Source of the DNA: Psammoneis japonica
Lineage: Eukaryota
NCBI GenBank assembly: GCA_008632985.1
Contig: QPGO01000139.1
Location: 62,001-126,000, forward strand
Length of the DNA stretch: 64,000 nt
Direction of reading: 5' to 3'
Below the pieces are notes generated by a model that saw only the letters and a list, made by a program, of their open reading frames with translations, had not been told where the DNA came from and did not search any database. Numbering within the stretch: the first letter of the stretch is position 1; each line of letters begins with the position of its first letter. A program made the position numbers and the translations under genes. Positions 62,473 to 64,000 of the stretch are shown piece by piece.

Positions 62473-63559
62473 TTTTTTGAACAATTTATCATGTGGAATT
62501 GTTCTGCAGGAGTTTGTGTGTTGAACACAGAATTTCAGTGACAATGTGGAGTTGATGTGTGCCAAGATGAGCTCACTTCTTGAAAACAGCAGCACAATGT
62601 TGCAGCTTTTCTTTTAGTCTGTTCCCCCCAGTGCATGCCTTCACAGGGTATTTTGTTCACTTTGTCAGAGCCATTTGCCGCAAGTGGTGACAATGGCATC
62701 AATGATTTCACTTGTGATTGCTTTGCAGCAACAGCTTTCATTCCACAGAGTCAGGGATGATGCACAAACATCTGCAAGCACAAGATGGTGCTCGTGCTTC
62801 ATGAGTTGGTTGCTCCCAGACATAGTTTGACTGCAACACTTGTTGACAACTGCAGTGTCAAACACCATTCTGATGTGTCACATGGTGAACATGTGCAGAC
62901 ACAGAGCACAACCCATGGATTTGGGGTGCCATTTTTACTCCGAAGTTGTCTCGGAGGCAACGCGTGAGTGATTTGAAATCGCTGGGTGACAATGTCATGT
63001 GTGGACTCAAATGTGACATGATGTCAGTTTCAGTCACTAAAATCATGTGTCATGTTCAGACACACTCACAAGTGGAACACAGTGAAAAGCAAGTGATCAT
63101 CTGGATCATGAGCTGCTCTCTCATGGTGGACTGAAAATGTGGCGAGGAACAAGGAAACCATCAGCGATTGGCGATTCATGTGCTGACGGCTGATGGTTTT
63201 CCTGTGCTGACCATTGATGACATCAGTTTGAAAAAGCTCTGCTCTCAAGCCACCCAGAAAAGATGGCAAAAGCCATCTGGCTTTTGACAAGATGAAGATG
63301 AAAGCGGAACATGGAGCCATGAGAATGTGATGGAGGATGGATGATGGGTCAGGGAAAAAGCACAGATGCAAAAACCTGACAGCAAAAAGAAAAGAAAAAG
63401 AAAAAAGGGGACAGTTCATTTTGAGCTTTGAATTGATTTTGGTGCCAACTCCATTTTGGATTGGGTGGAGAATGGTGCGGCATGGATTGTCGCATGGACA
63501 AAGGCTCACAGCCAAAGCCAATTGTCACATGTGTGCTTGCATGTCAGGAGAGCAGACAA

Positions 63560-64000
63560 TCGGGCTTCGACAAGTGGATCTTGATGGACAGCATGAAACT
63601 GTGTGTTCACGTGACATGAGAATGACAGGCGGGACAGATTTTGGCTCGGTGCTTCATTTTGCAATGCTTGGACAGCAAAGACAAGATTTTCCAATCGTGA
63701 GATGACATGTGGTCATGTGTTTGCATGCCGTTGATGTGGTGGCAAAGTCAAATGGTCCATGAAGGAATGCATCTTGGTGATGAACACACACCCATTGGGA
63801 GAAGACAATGAGTCATTTGTCACATGCATGGCCAATTTCATTTGGGGAAGGTTTGAGCAGATGAAAGTCATTGTGAAGGACAAATCGTCCATTGAGCTCA
63901 CATGACATTCTTTCCAATGTCACTGATTTGGGGCATTGAATTGCACATCATGAGGGTGCCGTGCAAAAAAGTTGGTGCAGATCTTGCCACCAGAGAAGAC
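63560..64000 (-). mobile_element. Possible copia-like pol 3' remnant, truncated by the window end
   Basis: Hypermutated composition. AFLHGPFDFA resembles a motif I recall from diatom copia-like polyproteins (unverified). Confidence 0.35.

Noticed and set aside
13900..64000. Classical fungal RIP or simple CpG methylation as the sole explanation of block composition
   Set aside because: RIP raises TpA and CpG decay cannot lower it, whereas TpA here is strongly depleted.

Overview
Eukaryotic, intron-containing DNA, most likely from a pennate diatom (inference from ASAFAP-type bipartite plastid-targeting peptides and CoDi-like copia remnants). About 17 host genes sit in compact islands: BASS transporter, VPS28, MCF phosphate carrier, 2Fe-2S ferredoxin, TSEN54, cupin, histidine phosphatase, SET protein, Mpo1/DUF962, an EF-hand-MFS fusion, a CobW/COG0523 GTPase, a DHHC-family palmitoyltransferase, a GPx-like protein and a few hypotheticals. 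The islands alternate with sharply bounded blocks of decayed transposons: copia, CRE-like and other LINE remnants, an ISL2EU/Harbinger-like remnant, a two-ORF DD34E Tc1-like element, a tyrosine-recombinase retrotransposon and minisatellites. The strongest signal is compositional. The repeat blocks have lost CpG, as expected from 5mC deamination, and have also lost almost all TpA, with both converted to TpG/CpA. Paired LTRs, TIRs, a TA target-site duplication, tandem-repeat units and conserved Tyr motifs (Tyr to Cys/His) point to a directional, repeat-restricted TpA>TpG/CpA (A>G) hypermutation. This resembles RIP in targeting but runs in the opposite direction, and I know of no description of it. 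CTAG/GGGCCC-rich low-complexity islands recur at block edges. All counts are by eye and no database searches were run.
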